From: Candidatus Binatus sp.
Lineage (GTDB): Bacteria; Desulfobacterota; Binatia; Binatales; Binataceae
Assembly (NCBI GenBank): GCA_050010075.1
Contig: JBEKLS010000001.1
Span: forward strand, 6,563 to 70,562
Direction: 5' to 3'
Length of the DNA: 64,000 nucleotides
Both the position numbers and the translations under genes were made by a program. The notes below the pieces were generated by a model. The model was not told where the DNA came from. It did not search any database and worked only from the letters and a program-made list of their open reading frames with translations. Shown here one piece after another: positions 8,120 to 16,422 of the stretch. Positions within the stretch are counted from its first letter, which is position 1. Each line of letters opens with the position of its first letter.

Positions 8120-8393
8120 GCTCGCAGGCCGGCTGCTCGACAAGGCCGAAGTCCGCCTCACGCCCGCAGGCACTCCGGTGCTGCGCTTCACCGTCGAATG
8201 CGGCGCCGCCGGCGAGGAACTGAGGCTTGGAATAGTGATGACCGGTGAAGCGGCGCTGGCGGCAAAACCGCTCCTGGAGCGGGGACGGCTGGTCAAGGTT
8301 ATCGGTAGAATGAGATCGCTCAAGGGTAGCTTGAAATCCAGCGGCGCGTTTGAAGTGGTCGCTGAATCGATCGAGCGGAGCGAATCAGAATAA
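8100..8393 (+). CDS. priB: Small SSB/OB-fold protein in the rpsF-rpsR gap (PriB-like primosomal protein N)
   Basis: 97 aa, with a GTG start overlapping the rpsF stop. Its position between rpsF and rpsR is where priB sits in proteobacteria. The sequence is consistent with an OB fold (IELAGRLLDKAEVRLTPAGTPVLRFTVE). Confidence 0.45.
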   Translation: MTGNRIELAGRLLDKAEVRLTPAGTPVLRFTVECGAAGEELRLGIVMTGEAALAAKPLLERGRLVKVIGRMRSLKGSLKSSGAFEVVAESIERSESE

Positions 8394-8429
8394 AAAATTA
8401 CGGAACGAACCTAAGAATAAGGATTATAA

Positions 8430-8795
8430 ATGGCTGACGAGGAACGATCGGAACGAGGCGGCGACCGGCCGCGCGAGGGCGGCGGCGGACGCTACGGCGG
8501 CCCGCGTCCTGAAGGCGGCGATCGCGGCGATGGCCGTGGCGGCGAGGGTCGCGGCGGCGGGATGCGTCGCGGGCGGCCGGGTGGACGGCGCAAGGTGTGC
8601 CGCTTCTGCGCCGACAAGACGCTCAAGGTCGATTACAAGGACGTCCGCACGCTCGGCAGTTTCATCACCGAGGGCGGCAAGATCGTGCCGAGCCGGACCT
8701 CGGGCAACTGCGCCAAGCATCAGCGCCAACTGGCGGTCGCGATCAAGCGCGCGCGCGTGCTCGCGTTGCTGCCGTTCTCGACGCTCGGAGTTTAG
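8430..8795 (+). CDS. rpsR: 30S ribosomal protein S18 with an Arg/Gly-rich N-terminal extension
   Basis: The C-terminal [63 protein letters not shown] is canonical S18. Confidence 0.9.
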   Translation: MADEERSERGGDRPREGGGGRYGGPRPEGGDRGDGRGGEGRGGGMRRGRPGGRRKVCRFCADKTLKVDYKDVRTLGSFITEGGKIVPSRTSGNCAKHQRQLAVAIKRARVLALLPFSTLGV

Positions 8796-8810
8796 CGGCG
8801 GCTTAACCCA

Positions 8811-9767
8811 GTGACGCGCAAGGCTGTTATCGGGATGGTTCGTGCGGCCGCGTTGGCGGGGGCGTTTTTCCTCGCCGGCGGCGCGATCCCGCTGGTCGGC
8901 GGCATCCTGATGATGCTCGCGCCGGCGCCGATCATCGTCTACGCGGTCGGGCGTCCGCGCCCGCATCTACGCGCGAATATCGCGGTGCTGCTCGCGACCG
9001 GGTTGGTGACGATTCTCGCGACCTGGTACGGCGGCCTCGGCTTCTTCGTCTCGTTCGGCCTCGCCACTGCGATCATCTGCTACATGCTCGAGCGGCGTTA
9101 CTCCTTCGAGACGATCACCGCGGTCGGCGCGGGCGCGATGGTCGCGGCGTCGGTCGTCGCGGCGCTGGCGATATTGGGCGGGCCCGACGCGCTCATCAAG
9201 ACTGTTCACGACGAACTTGCGCTTGGGATGACCCGCGGGCAGGAGTTTTACAAGCAGCTCGGGATGCAGCAGACGATCCCGGCCGACACCGAAGCCACCG
9301 TCATCGCGCTCACGATGCGGCTGTCGCCGGCGTTCGCGATGCTGGTGGCGGCGAGCACTATCCTGCTCAACCTGCGCGTGTTCTGGCGATGGTCGGGGCC
9401 GCAGCGCCTGACCTACAACCTGTTCGGCGATCTGTCGCGATGGTCGGCGCCGGAATGGCTGGTGTGGCTGCTGCTCGCGAGCGGCTTCGGGCTGTTCATC
9501 CCGGTGCATGCGATCAGCGACATCGCGCTCAACGGCTTCATCTGTATCGCGGCGGTGTATTTTTGCCAGGGACTGGCGATTCTCGGGTTCTATTTTCAAT
9601 CACTTTCGGTGCCGTCGATTGTGCGCGGGATAATTTATTTCGTCGTGTTCGCGCAACCGGTGGTGGCCGCGCTCGTATGCATTGCGGGCGTGTTCGACAT
9701 GTGGATCGACTTCCGGCGGCTCAAGCCCCCCAGCCCGGAAGCGAACAACCTGGGGGATTTTTTCTAA
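8811..9767 (+). CDS. Polytopic membrane protein, DUF2232 (YybS-like)
   Basis: 318 aa with about 8 predicted transmembrane segments. It lies between rpsR and rplI, the position YybS occupies in Firmicutes. Confidence 0.5.
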   Translation: MTRKAVIGMVRAAALAGAFFLAGGAIPLVGGILMMLAPAPIIVYAVGRPRPHLRANIAVLLATGLVTILATWYGGLGFFVSFGLATAIICYMLERRYSFETITAVGAGAMVAASVVAALAILGGPDALIKTVHDELALGMTRGQEFYKQLGMQQTIPADTEATVIALTMRLSPAFAMLVAASTILLNLRVFWRWSGPQRLTYNLFGDLSRWSAPEWLVWLLLASGFGLFIPVHAISDIALNGFICIAAVYFCQGLAILGFYFQSLSVPSIVRGIIYFVVFAQPVVAALVCIAGVFDMWIDFRRLKPPSPEANNLGDFF

Positions 9768-9814
9768 AGGCGGGGCGGAGACAGTTCGGTCAAGACGACG
9801 AGGCAGCAAAGAAG

Positions 9815-10270
9815 ATGAACGTGCAAGTCATACTCAACGAGGATCTTCCCAACCTGGGAAGGACCGGCGACGTGGTCAAGGTTCGCGCCGGCTACGCGCG
9901 TAACTACCTGTTGCCGCGCAAGCTCGCGGTCGAGGCGGATCAGAAAAATCTCCGCGCCTTCGAGCATCAGAAGCGCACGGCCTCGCGCCGGCGCGAGATC
10001 AAGCGCACCGACGCGCTGTCGGTCAAGGCTAAAATCGAGGCGCTCGCACTCACTATCAACGCCCGCGCCGGCGAAGAGGGCAAGCTCTTCGGCTCGGTCA
10101 CCAATATCGATCTCGAACGCGCGCTGCGCGAGAACGGTCTCGATATCGAGCGGCGTAAAATTCACCTGCCCGAGCCCATCAAGCAGCTCGGAGATTTCAC
10201 GGTGCCGGTCAAGCTCGATTCCGAGGTTGAGGCCAGCTTGAAGATTACCGTCGCGGCGCAAGCCGAATGA
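9815..10270 (+). CDS. rplI: 50S ribosomal protein L9
   Basis: MNVQVILNEDLPNLGRTGDVVKVRAGYARNYLLPRKLA is the canonical L9 N-terminus. The ATG at 9815 is in frame inside table ORF 9389..10270. Confidence 0.9.
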   Translation: MNVQVILNEDLPNLGRTGDVVKVRAGYARNYLLPRKLAVEADQKNLRAFEHQKRTASRRREIKRTDALSVKAKIEALALTINARAGEEGKLFGSVTNIDLERALRENGLDIERRKIHLPEPIKQLGDFTVPVKLDSEVEASLKITVAAQAE

Positions 10271-10283
10271 GGACTTGCCCGAT

Positions 10284-10925
10284 ATGATCAAACTCTACGA
10301 CTTCCTTTCCTGCCCCTTCGGTCAGAAGGTCCGCATCGTGCTGGCCGAGAAGGCCCTGACCTACGACCTGGTCCCGGTCGATTTGACCCAGCACGAAAAT
10401 CGCAAGCCCGAGTTCCTGCGGCTCAACCCGTTCGGACGCGTGCCGGTGCTGGTCGATGACGACACGACGATTTACGACTCGACGATTATCAACGAGTATC
10501 TCGAGGACGAGTATCCCGAGCCGCCGGTGCTGCCGCCGGTCGGTTCCAGTGCGCTGCGCTCGCGCGCGCGATCGTTCGAGGATTTCGCCGACACCTCGTT
10601 CACGCCGCCAGTCGGCCAGCTGATCGCCGAAATGTCCAAGCCCGAGGGCGAGCGCGACCAGGGTCGCGTGCAGCGGCTCCATCAGTCGGTCGAGCGCGTG
10701 CTCGACTACCTCAATCACGAATTGCAGGGCAACAATTTTCTCGCCGGCGATTTCTCGGTCGCCGACATCGGCTTTGCGCCACGGATGTTGATCCTGAACG
10801 AGATCGGCATCGACGTGCTCGGCAACAACCGCAACAACATCGACGCCTGGATCAAGCGGATGCTGGAGCGCCCGAGCATCCGCAACCTGCAAGGCGTCGC
10901 CGCAGTGCCGGTAGCCGGCGGCTGA
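10284..10925 (+). CDS. Glutathione S-transferase
   Basis: MIKLYDFLSCPFGQKVRIVLAEKAL... carries a thioredoxin-like GST N-domain and a helical C-domain. The ribosome-binding site favours the second ATG, at 10284. Confidence 0.8.
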   Translation: MIKLYDFLSCPFGQKVRIVLAEKALTYDLVPVDLTQHENRKPEFLRLNPFGRVPVLVDDDTTIYDSTIINEYLEDEYPEPPVLPPVGSSALRSRARSFEDFADTSFTPPVGQLIAEMSKPEGERDQGRVQRLHQSVERVLDYLNHELQGNNFLAGDFSVADIGFAPRMLILNEIGIDVLGNNRNNIDAWIKRMLERPSIRNLQGVAAVPVAGG

Positions 10926-10953
10926 TCGAAATCTTCGGGAACCACTTTCCCTG

Positions 10954-11001
10954 AAAAAAAAACGACGCGCGCCGTCCGGTTTCCCGGGCGGCGCGCGTCG
11001 T
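10954..11001 (-). terminator. Rho-independent terminator (perfect 13-bp GC stem followed by a 9-T run on the minus strand)
   Basis: a9-cgacgcgcgccg-tccggtttcccgg-cggcgcgcgtcgt. When read on the minus strand the hairpin is followed by nine Ts. It lies about 60 bp downstream of the minus-strand gene that ends at 11060. Confidence 0.7.
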
Positions 11002-11059
11002 AATGCTGAGACTACGGATCTAGTGACGGACTAGACAGCTTAGACTATCCGCGCTCGGT

Positions 11060-11359
11060 TTAATAGCGGGAGTCTGAACCCATTTCGTCGTCGTCGCTGC
11101 GCGATGAACCGACCCCGGTCGGGCGGAACAGCAGCTTGGCGGCGAAGAGCTTGTCTCCTATTCGCCCCTGCGACTTCAGTTGCCCGCCATGCCGCTTGCA
11201 GTGCGGACACGGCATCGAGCCGCTCAGCAGGCTGGCGTTTTCGGGCGTTATCCTGAGATCGAAAGCGAATCCGCAGCCGGGATTTTGACACACGGTGCGG
11301 TAGACGATTCCCTGGTTAGTCGTGGTTCTGGTTTCATTCCTGGTGGCCGCTGATTGCAT
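11060..11359 (-). CDS. Small zinc-ribbon protein (C-x4-C ... C-x2-C), hypothetical
   Basis: 99 aa: VCQNPGCGFAFDL...MPCPHCKRHGG. It is followed by a strong terminator and preceded by a 350-bp AT-richer intergenic region. Confidence 0.5.
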   Translation of the reverse strand: MQSAATRNETRTTTNQGIVYRTVCQNPGCGFAFDLRITPENASLLSGSMPCPHCKRHGGQLKSQGRIGDKLFAAKLLFRPTGVGSSRSDDDEMGSDSRY

Positions 11360-11716
11360 TATTCTGTCCTCCTGCCTCGCGTTAATCCGCGAGTGGCTCG
11401 CTATCCGCTAAAATAAATACCTAGCAACTTAGACGTAAGATCCACGAGGAAGTTTCAAGCAAATGACGTGCCTCAGGTTACAATTGGCGAGACAATGCAA
11501 AATCGAGTAAATTCAAGGTGAATTCCCCCGGTAGATGCTTCCTCTGTATGACTGACTTTTGTCACCACCCGGAAATTCCTGCGGTTTTGCTGCAATTCTG
11601 TGACCAATCAACGAAAAGAGGCGCAGGCTTCCGATGTTGGCGCGGGAGACCTATACTTGGCGGGCTGATTTCGACGAGGCGGGCCGTGTGATGACGATTC
11701 GAGTTCTTTTGCGCAA

Positions 11717-12952
11717 ATGAGAACGTTGGCGCTTGTAATGGCCGGAGGGCAGGGCACGAGGCTGCATCCTCTCACTCGCGATCGCGCCAAGCCCGCGGTG
11801 CCGTTCGGCGGCAAATATCGCATCATCGATTTTGTTCTCTCCAATCTCGTCAACTCGGGCATCTACGCGATCTATGTGCTGGTGCAATGGCGCTCGCAAT
11901 CGCTCATCGAACATCTGAAAGACGGCTGGCAGTTCGGCGGCATGCTGCCCGATCACTTCGTCATCCCGGTGCCGGCCCAGATGCGGATGGGTGAGTTGTG
12001 GTACCAGGGCACCGCCGACGCGATTTTTCAGAATCTCAATCTCATAGACGACACTAAGCCGGACCTCGTCGCAGTCTTTGGCGCCGACCATATCTACCGG
12101 ATGGACATCCAGCAGATGATCGAGTTCCACATGGACCGCAAGGCGGCCGTCACCGTCGCGACGCTGCCGGTGTCGGTCGACGAGGCGAGTCAGTTCGGGA
12201 TAGTGCAGGTCGACTCGGGCCTGCGCGTTTCGAACTTCGTCGAGAAGCCCGACATTCCGCCGCAGATGCCCGGCGCGCCGGGCCGCTCGCTGGCCTCGAT
12301 GGGCAATTACCTGTTCAGCCCCGAAGTGCTGCGCGAGGCGTTGATCGAAGATTCGATCCGGGAAGACAGCAATCACGATTTCGGCCGCGACCTTATCCCG
12401 GCCTTGATCAACCGGGTGCCGGTTTACGCGTACAACTTCATGACAAACCGGATCCGCGGCGACTCGGAGGTCAATCTCAGCTACTGGCGCGACGTCGGGA
12501 CGCTCGACACCTACTACGAAGCCAACATGGACCTGCGCGACGCGCGCCCCCATCTGAATCTGTACAACGCGTACTGGCCGCTGCGCACGGCGTACTACGA
12601 TCAGCCGCCGGCGAAGTTTGTGTTCGACGAGAACGGGCGGCGTGGACTGGCGCTGCATTCGGTGATCGGCGAGGGCTGTATCGTGTCAGGCGGCGCGGTT
12701 CGCAACTCCGTGCTCGGGCGCTCGGTGTTCGTCCATTCGTACAGCCTGGTCGAGGATTCGGTCATCATGGACTACGCGACAATCGGGCGGCATGCGAAGA
12801 TCCGGCGCGCGATTATCGACAAGAATGTTTATGTGCCCGAGGGCGAGGAAATTGGCTACGACCTCGAGCGCGATCGCCAGCGATTTTTCGTCACCGACTC
12901 GGGCCTTGTTGTGATTCCCAAGGGTCCCAAGCGCGAACGGTCGGAGCTGTAG
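11717..12952 (+). CDS. glgC: Glucose-1-phosphate adenylyltransferase
   Basis: LALVMAGGQGTRLHPLTRDRAKPAVPFGGKYRIIDFVLSN plus a left-handed beta-helix C-terminus. Confidence 0.9.
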   Translation: MRTLALVMAGGQGTRLHPLTRDRAKPAVPFGGKYRIIDFVLSNLVNSGIYAIYVLVQWRSQSLIEHLKDGWQFGGMLPDHFVIPVPAQMRMGELWYQGTADAIFQNLNLIDDTKPDLVAVFGADHIYRMDIQQMIEFHMDRKAAVTVATLPVSVDEASQFGIVQVDSGLRVSNFVEKPDIPPQMPGAPGRSLASMGNYLFSPEVLREALIEDSIREDSNHDFGRDLIPALINRVPVYAYNFMTNRIRGDSEVNLSYWRDVGTLDTYYEANMDLRDARPHLNLYNAYWPLRTAYYDQPPAKFVFDENGRRGLALHSVIGEGCIVSGGAVRNSVLGRSVFVHSYSLVEDSVIMDYATIGRHAKIRRAIIDKNVYVPEGEEIGYDLERDRQRFFVTDSGLVVIPKGPKRERSEL

Positions 12953-12953
12953 A

Positions 12954-14045
12954 GTGGCGCTCGCTTCACCGTCGGCAAATTCCGAGCTCGACCGCCGCGA
13001 TTTGGAGGAATCGGCCGGCGAGGTGTTGCGGCGTGGCGCCGCTCCCGCCGACTTATCCAGCGACGGGCCGAAGAAGTCGGACTTTCCGCTCTCGCGCGGC
13101 AAGCCGAAGAGCACGCGCCTTCAGCTCGGGCTCAAGGACAATCTCATTTTCTGGCTGCTGGTCGCGGCGCTGCACGCGCTCAGCCTGCTGCCCGACTTCA
13201 TTCTCTACCAGTTGGGGATTGCCTGCGCCTTGATCTTCCATCGCTTCGACCATCGTCATCGCAAAATCGGCATTCGCAATCTCGAGATTGCGTTCCCAGA
13301 AAAAAGTGCCGCCGATCGCGAGCGCATTCTGCGCGCGTCGTACATCAATCTCGGCCGCACCGGCGCCGAGTATGTGCGGATGGGCGGATTCTTCTACCGC
13401 AGCCTCGCGCGCCGCGTCACCTACAATCGGCTCGACGTCTGGAACGATTTGACGCCGCGCTATCCGGGCAAGGGCGCGCTCATTCTCACGGCGCATTTCG
13501 GCGGTTTCGAGTTGCTGCCCGCTGGCCATGCGATGCACGGGTTCCAGATAAGCCTGGTCCATCACACGCAGCGGTTTCTCGCCGGCGACTCGCTGGTGAC
13601 GTTCATCCGCGAGCGCGCGGGCGTGCAGATCATTCGCAAGCACACGGCGGCGCGCGAGATGCTGCGCTCGCTCAAGCGCGGCGAGATAATCGGCATCCCG
13701 CTCGATCAGAATGCCAAGCGCTCGGAGGCCATCTGGGTGCCGTTCTTCGGCGAGCTGGCCGCGACGCCGGGCGGCTTCGATCGCCTCGCCATGATGGCCG
13801 GCGCGCCGGTCGTCCCGGTCTTCATAGTGCGCCAGCCCGACGGCCGCAGCCACGTAATCGAGATCTTCGAAGAGATCCCGCAGCAGCGCACGGGCGATCG
13901 CGATGCCGACGCGCTGGTAAACACCGCCCGCTACCAAAAAGCCATCGAAGAGATGGTCCGAAAATACCCCGAGCAATGGCTCTGGACCCACCGCCGCTAC
14001 CGCACAAGGCCAGTAAGCGGCTCCCCGTCGCTGTACGACAAGTAG
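12954..14045 (+). CDS. Lysophospholipid / lipid A acyltransferase (LpxL/HtrB family, PlsC-like)
   Basis: The HFGGFE motif (LTAHFGGFELLPA) and the DQN.....PFFG segment (IPLDQNAKRSEAIWVPFFGELAATP) are present. The true start is uncertain; the table ORF begins at a GTG. Confidence 0.7.
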   Translation: MALASPSANSELDRRDLEESAGEVLRRGAAPADLSSDGPKKSDFPLSRGKPKSTRLQLGLKDNLIFWLLVAALHALSLLPDFILYQLGIACALIFHRFDHRHRKIGIRNLEIAFPEKSAADRERILRASYINLGRTGAEYVRMGGFFYRSLARRVTYNRLDVWNDLTPRYPGKGALILTAHFGGFELLPAGHAMHGFQISLVHHTQRFLAGDSLVTFIRERAGVQIIRKHTAAREMLRSLKRGEIIGIPLDQNAKRSEAIWVPFFGELAATPGGFDRLAMMAGAPVVPVFIVRQPDGRSHVIEIFEEIPQQRTGDRDADALVNTARYQKAIEEMVRKYPEQWLWTHRRYRTRPVSGSPSLYDK

Positions 14046-14085
14046 AACCTTTCGCTCTAACGCACGATGCTCCCTCCCTGACCGG

Positions 14086-14205
14086 TCCCCCTTCCACCAG
14101 GGGAAGGGGTTAGGGGTTCGGTCGCTTGCATCGACCGCTAAGCTGGCGAACGGGGTTTTGTGTCATCCCGAGCGCAGCCGAGGGACCCCGGATCTTTCTC
14201 GGCGC
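14086..14205. repeat. Composite repeat: cccttccaccaggggaagggg motif plus a partial TGTCATCC MITE
   Basis: 14088-14115 matches 25584-25612. 14161-14205 (tgtcatcccgagcgcagccgagggaccccggatctttctcggcg) matches 28797-28845. Confidence 0.55.
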
Positions 14206-14283
14206 AAAGACACTTCGACCGCGCTGAAGGCCCGCGAAGCCGAGCTGCTCAGAATCCGCTATGCTCAGACGAAGGTGGAAACG

Positions 14284-14733
14284 ATGAAAACTCGGAGCGT
14301 TCGAGCGATCAAGAGTCCGGGAGCGTTGGAGCCTTTCCTCGCGATTCGGACCGTCCGCGAGTATGACGCGTCCGTCGAGCACCTCAACACGCTAGTCGAT
14401 GAAATCGGCGACAACACCAGGGACCCGCGCTATCGCCTGATCGAAACGCTGAGCGTGCTTATCGAAGCGTACGACCGCGAGCATCATAGTCCGCCGGAGG
14501 CTTCCGGCGTCGAAGTGCTTCGTTTCCTGATGGCGGAGCACGATCTCACTCAAAAGGATCTTCCCGAAATTGGCAGCCAGGGCGTCGTCTCCGAAGTGCT
14601 GGCCGGACGCCGCCATCTCAACGTGCGGCAAATTCAGGCGCTCGCCGCCCGCTTCGGAACTGATCCAGGCACCTTTATATATGAACCTCGTAGCGTTCCT
14701 CGCCGTCATCGCGAACGAGCTTCAGCGAGCTAG
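14284..14733 (+). CDS. XRE-family helix-turn-helix protein (HigA-2-like, HTH at the C-terminus)
   Basis: The start is MKTRSV... at 14284; the upstream part of table ORF 14158..14733 is translated repeat. The HTH is LTQKDLPEIGSQGVVSEVLAGRRHLNVRQIQALAARFG. Confidence 0.55.
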   Translation: MKTRSVRAIKSPGALEPFLAIRTVREYDASVEHLNTLVDEIGDNTRDPRYRLIETLSVLIEAYDREHHSPPEASGVEVLRFLMAEHDLTQKDLPEIGSQGVVSEVLAGRRHLNVRQIQALAARFGTDPGTFIYEPRSVPRRHRERASAS

Positions 14734-15611
14734 TCGTCGACGTCCGCCGCTCGCGCACCTGTGATGGGACGCAGCGTTGCGAGTATTGCTATCGCTATCA
14801 CCCAGGCGGCGGCGCCGCCTATCATCGGGACTGCACCGGCGCCTGCTATCGACCATGGGATCGCGGCGCGGTTGAGGATTATTTTCGGCCACATCTTTGC
14901 GCCCAGCACGAAGCCGCAGTGCAGCCCGATCGAGAAATACACACTGCCCGTGAGGATATACGCTTCGCCGAGCACGATTCCGAGCAGGAAGAGGCCTATC
15001 AGCGTGGGAATCGCGATTGCGGGATCCATGAATTGGTCAACGCTATGCGCGAGCGTCATCAATCCTGCGGCCGGCGCGTAGCCCGATACGTAGAAGCGGG
15101 CGGGTGAGCGCACGAGATGCGCCACGGCGTAAATGGCGGCGCTTGCGATCAGCGCGATCCGGCCGCCGAAGTCGTTCCTCATGCCGCCGAGCAGGAAGGC
15201 GCGGAAGAATGCTTCCTCGATAAACGCGATCGCGATCGCCGACAGAAAATATTTCAGTATCAGTGCTGCGGCCGCTTCGCGATCGCCGACACCGCCTCCG
15301 CCTACGGCGATCGCCAGAGCGTACAGGATGACTATCGCGAGCATCGCGACGGCGAAGCCGCGAATCGCGCGCGCGATGCTTGGCGCCGCGGGATGATTGA
15401 AACCGCGCTTCAGCAGCGCGACCAGGTTCAAGTCCCGCGCCGACAGCAGCATCGCGACGAACAGGGCAGCCATGACGGTCCGATCGAAGATTCGCGGGAA
15501 CGGGTAGCGCCATCCCGCGGCCGACACTACGACTGCGGCGAGCGGTGCGAGCACGATCGCGGCGGCGACTCCCACGACCAGCACCAGTGCGAATCGCGCT
15601 GTGAACGACAT
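14730..15611 (-). CDS. CPBP-family intramembrane metalloprotease (CAAX protease / Abi)
   Basis: It has the EExxFR motif (FIEEAFFRAFLLGGM), HLVRSP and a polytopic membrane profile. The start is taken at the second Met, MSFTARF. Confidence 0.7.
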   Translation of the reverse strand: MSFTARFALVLVVGVAAAIVLAPLAAVVVSAAGWRYPFPRIFDRTVMAALFVAMLLSARDLNLVALLKRGFNHPAAPSIARAIRGFAVAMLAIVILYALAIAVGGGGVGDREAAAALILKYFLSAIAIAFIEEAFFRAFLLGGMRNDFGGRIALIASAAIYAVAHLVRSPARFYVSGYAPAAGLMTLAHSVDQFMDPAIAIPTLIGLFLLGIVLGEAYILTGSVYFSIGLHCGFVLGAKMWPKIILNRAAIPWSIAGAGAVPMIGGAAAWVIAIAILATLRPITGARAADVDD

Positions 15612-15637
15612 CGGCGGGCGCGCGGGAACCTCGGGAC

Positions 15638-16381
15638 TCAGCGGGAGCGCTCCGGATCTTGCTGCGGTTCGAGGATCACTTCGACCGGGCATGCCCCCGC
15701 CGGCGAGTTCAGAATCTGCATCACCGCCTGGGCGACGTCGGCCGTGGAGAGCATCGCGCCGCGATCGAGACGCTTGTTATCCGGGATCAGCGCGGTGTCG
15801 ACCAGGCCCGGAACGATGACGCTGAGTTTGAGGCCGCTCCGCCGCATCTCGTGAAAGGCCGCGCGCGTGAATGCGATCAGCGCCGACTTGGTCGCGGCGT
15901 AAACCGCTTCGCCTGCGGAGGCCTTGATCGCGGCTGTCGAGGCGACGTTGATAATCGTACCTGCGCCACGCGGAGTCATCGCCGCGGCGGCCAGCCGTGT
16001 GAGGGCGATCGGCGCGCGCAGATTTACGGCGATCATGCGGTCGAGATCAGCCGTACGCATCTTGAGCAGCGGCGTTCGCGACGGCGCCCATCCGGCGTTG
16101 TTAACGAGCACGTCGATATGTCCATAGCAATCCAGCGCGGTGCCGATTAACTGGTCAGGGGCCTCTTCGCTGGCTAGATCGACCAGCACGATCAGCGCCT
16201 GCTTCGGCGCCAGACCGCTCTGGGAGCGGGTTTCCTCGAGTTCGTCGCGCGATCGCGCGGCGAGGCATAGCGAGTAGCCGGCGCGCGCGAGCTCCAGTGC
16301 GACCGCGCGCCCGATACCGCGGCCGGCGCCGGTTACGACTGCGACGCGGTCGGCGGATGTAGCCGCGGCGGTCATTTGCAA
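15638..16381 (-). CDS. SDR-family oxidoreductase
   Basis: VVTGAGRGIGRAVA Rossmann motif; S-Y-K catalytic-triad spacing (NVASTAAIKASAGEAVYAATKSA). Confidence 0.8.
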   Translation of the reverse strand: MQMTAAATSADRVAVVTGAGRGIGRAVALELARAGYSLCLAARSRDELEETRSQSGLAPKQALIVLVDLASEEAPDQLIGTALDCYGHIDVLVNNAGWAPSRTPLLKMRTADLDRMIAVNLRAPIALTRLAAAAMTPRGAGTIINVASTAAIKASAGEAVYAATKSALIAFTRAAFHEMRRSGLKLSVIVPGLVDTALIPDNKRLDRGAMLSTADVAQAVMQILNSPAGACPVEVILEPQQDPERSR

Positions 16382-16422
16382 ACATCTTGCGCTGAGTTAG
16401 TAGCTCGCACAGACTGACGATA

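Noticed and set aside
7535-8323. 262-aa minus-strand ORF across rpsF/priB
   Set aside because: Antisense shadow; rpsF is unambiguous on the plus strand.
11651-12658. 335-aa minus-strand ORF
   Set aside because: Antisense shadow of glgC.
13053-13991. 312-aa minus-strand ORF
   Set aside because: Antisense shadow of the LpxL-like acyltransferase gene.
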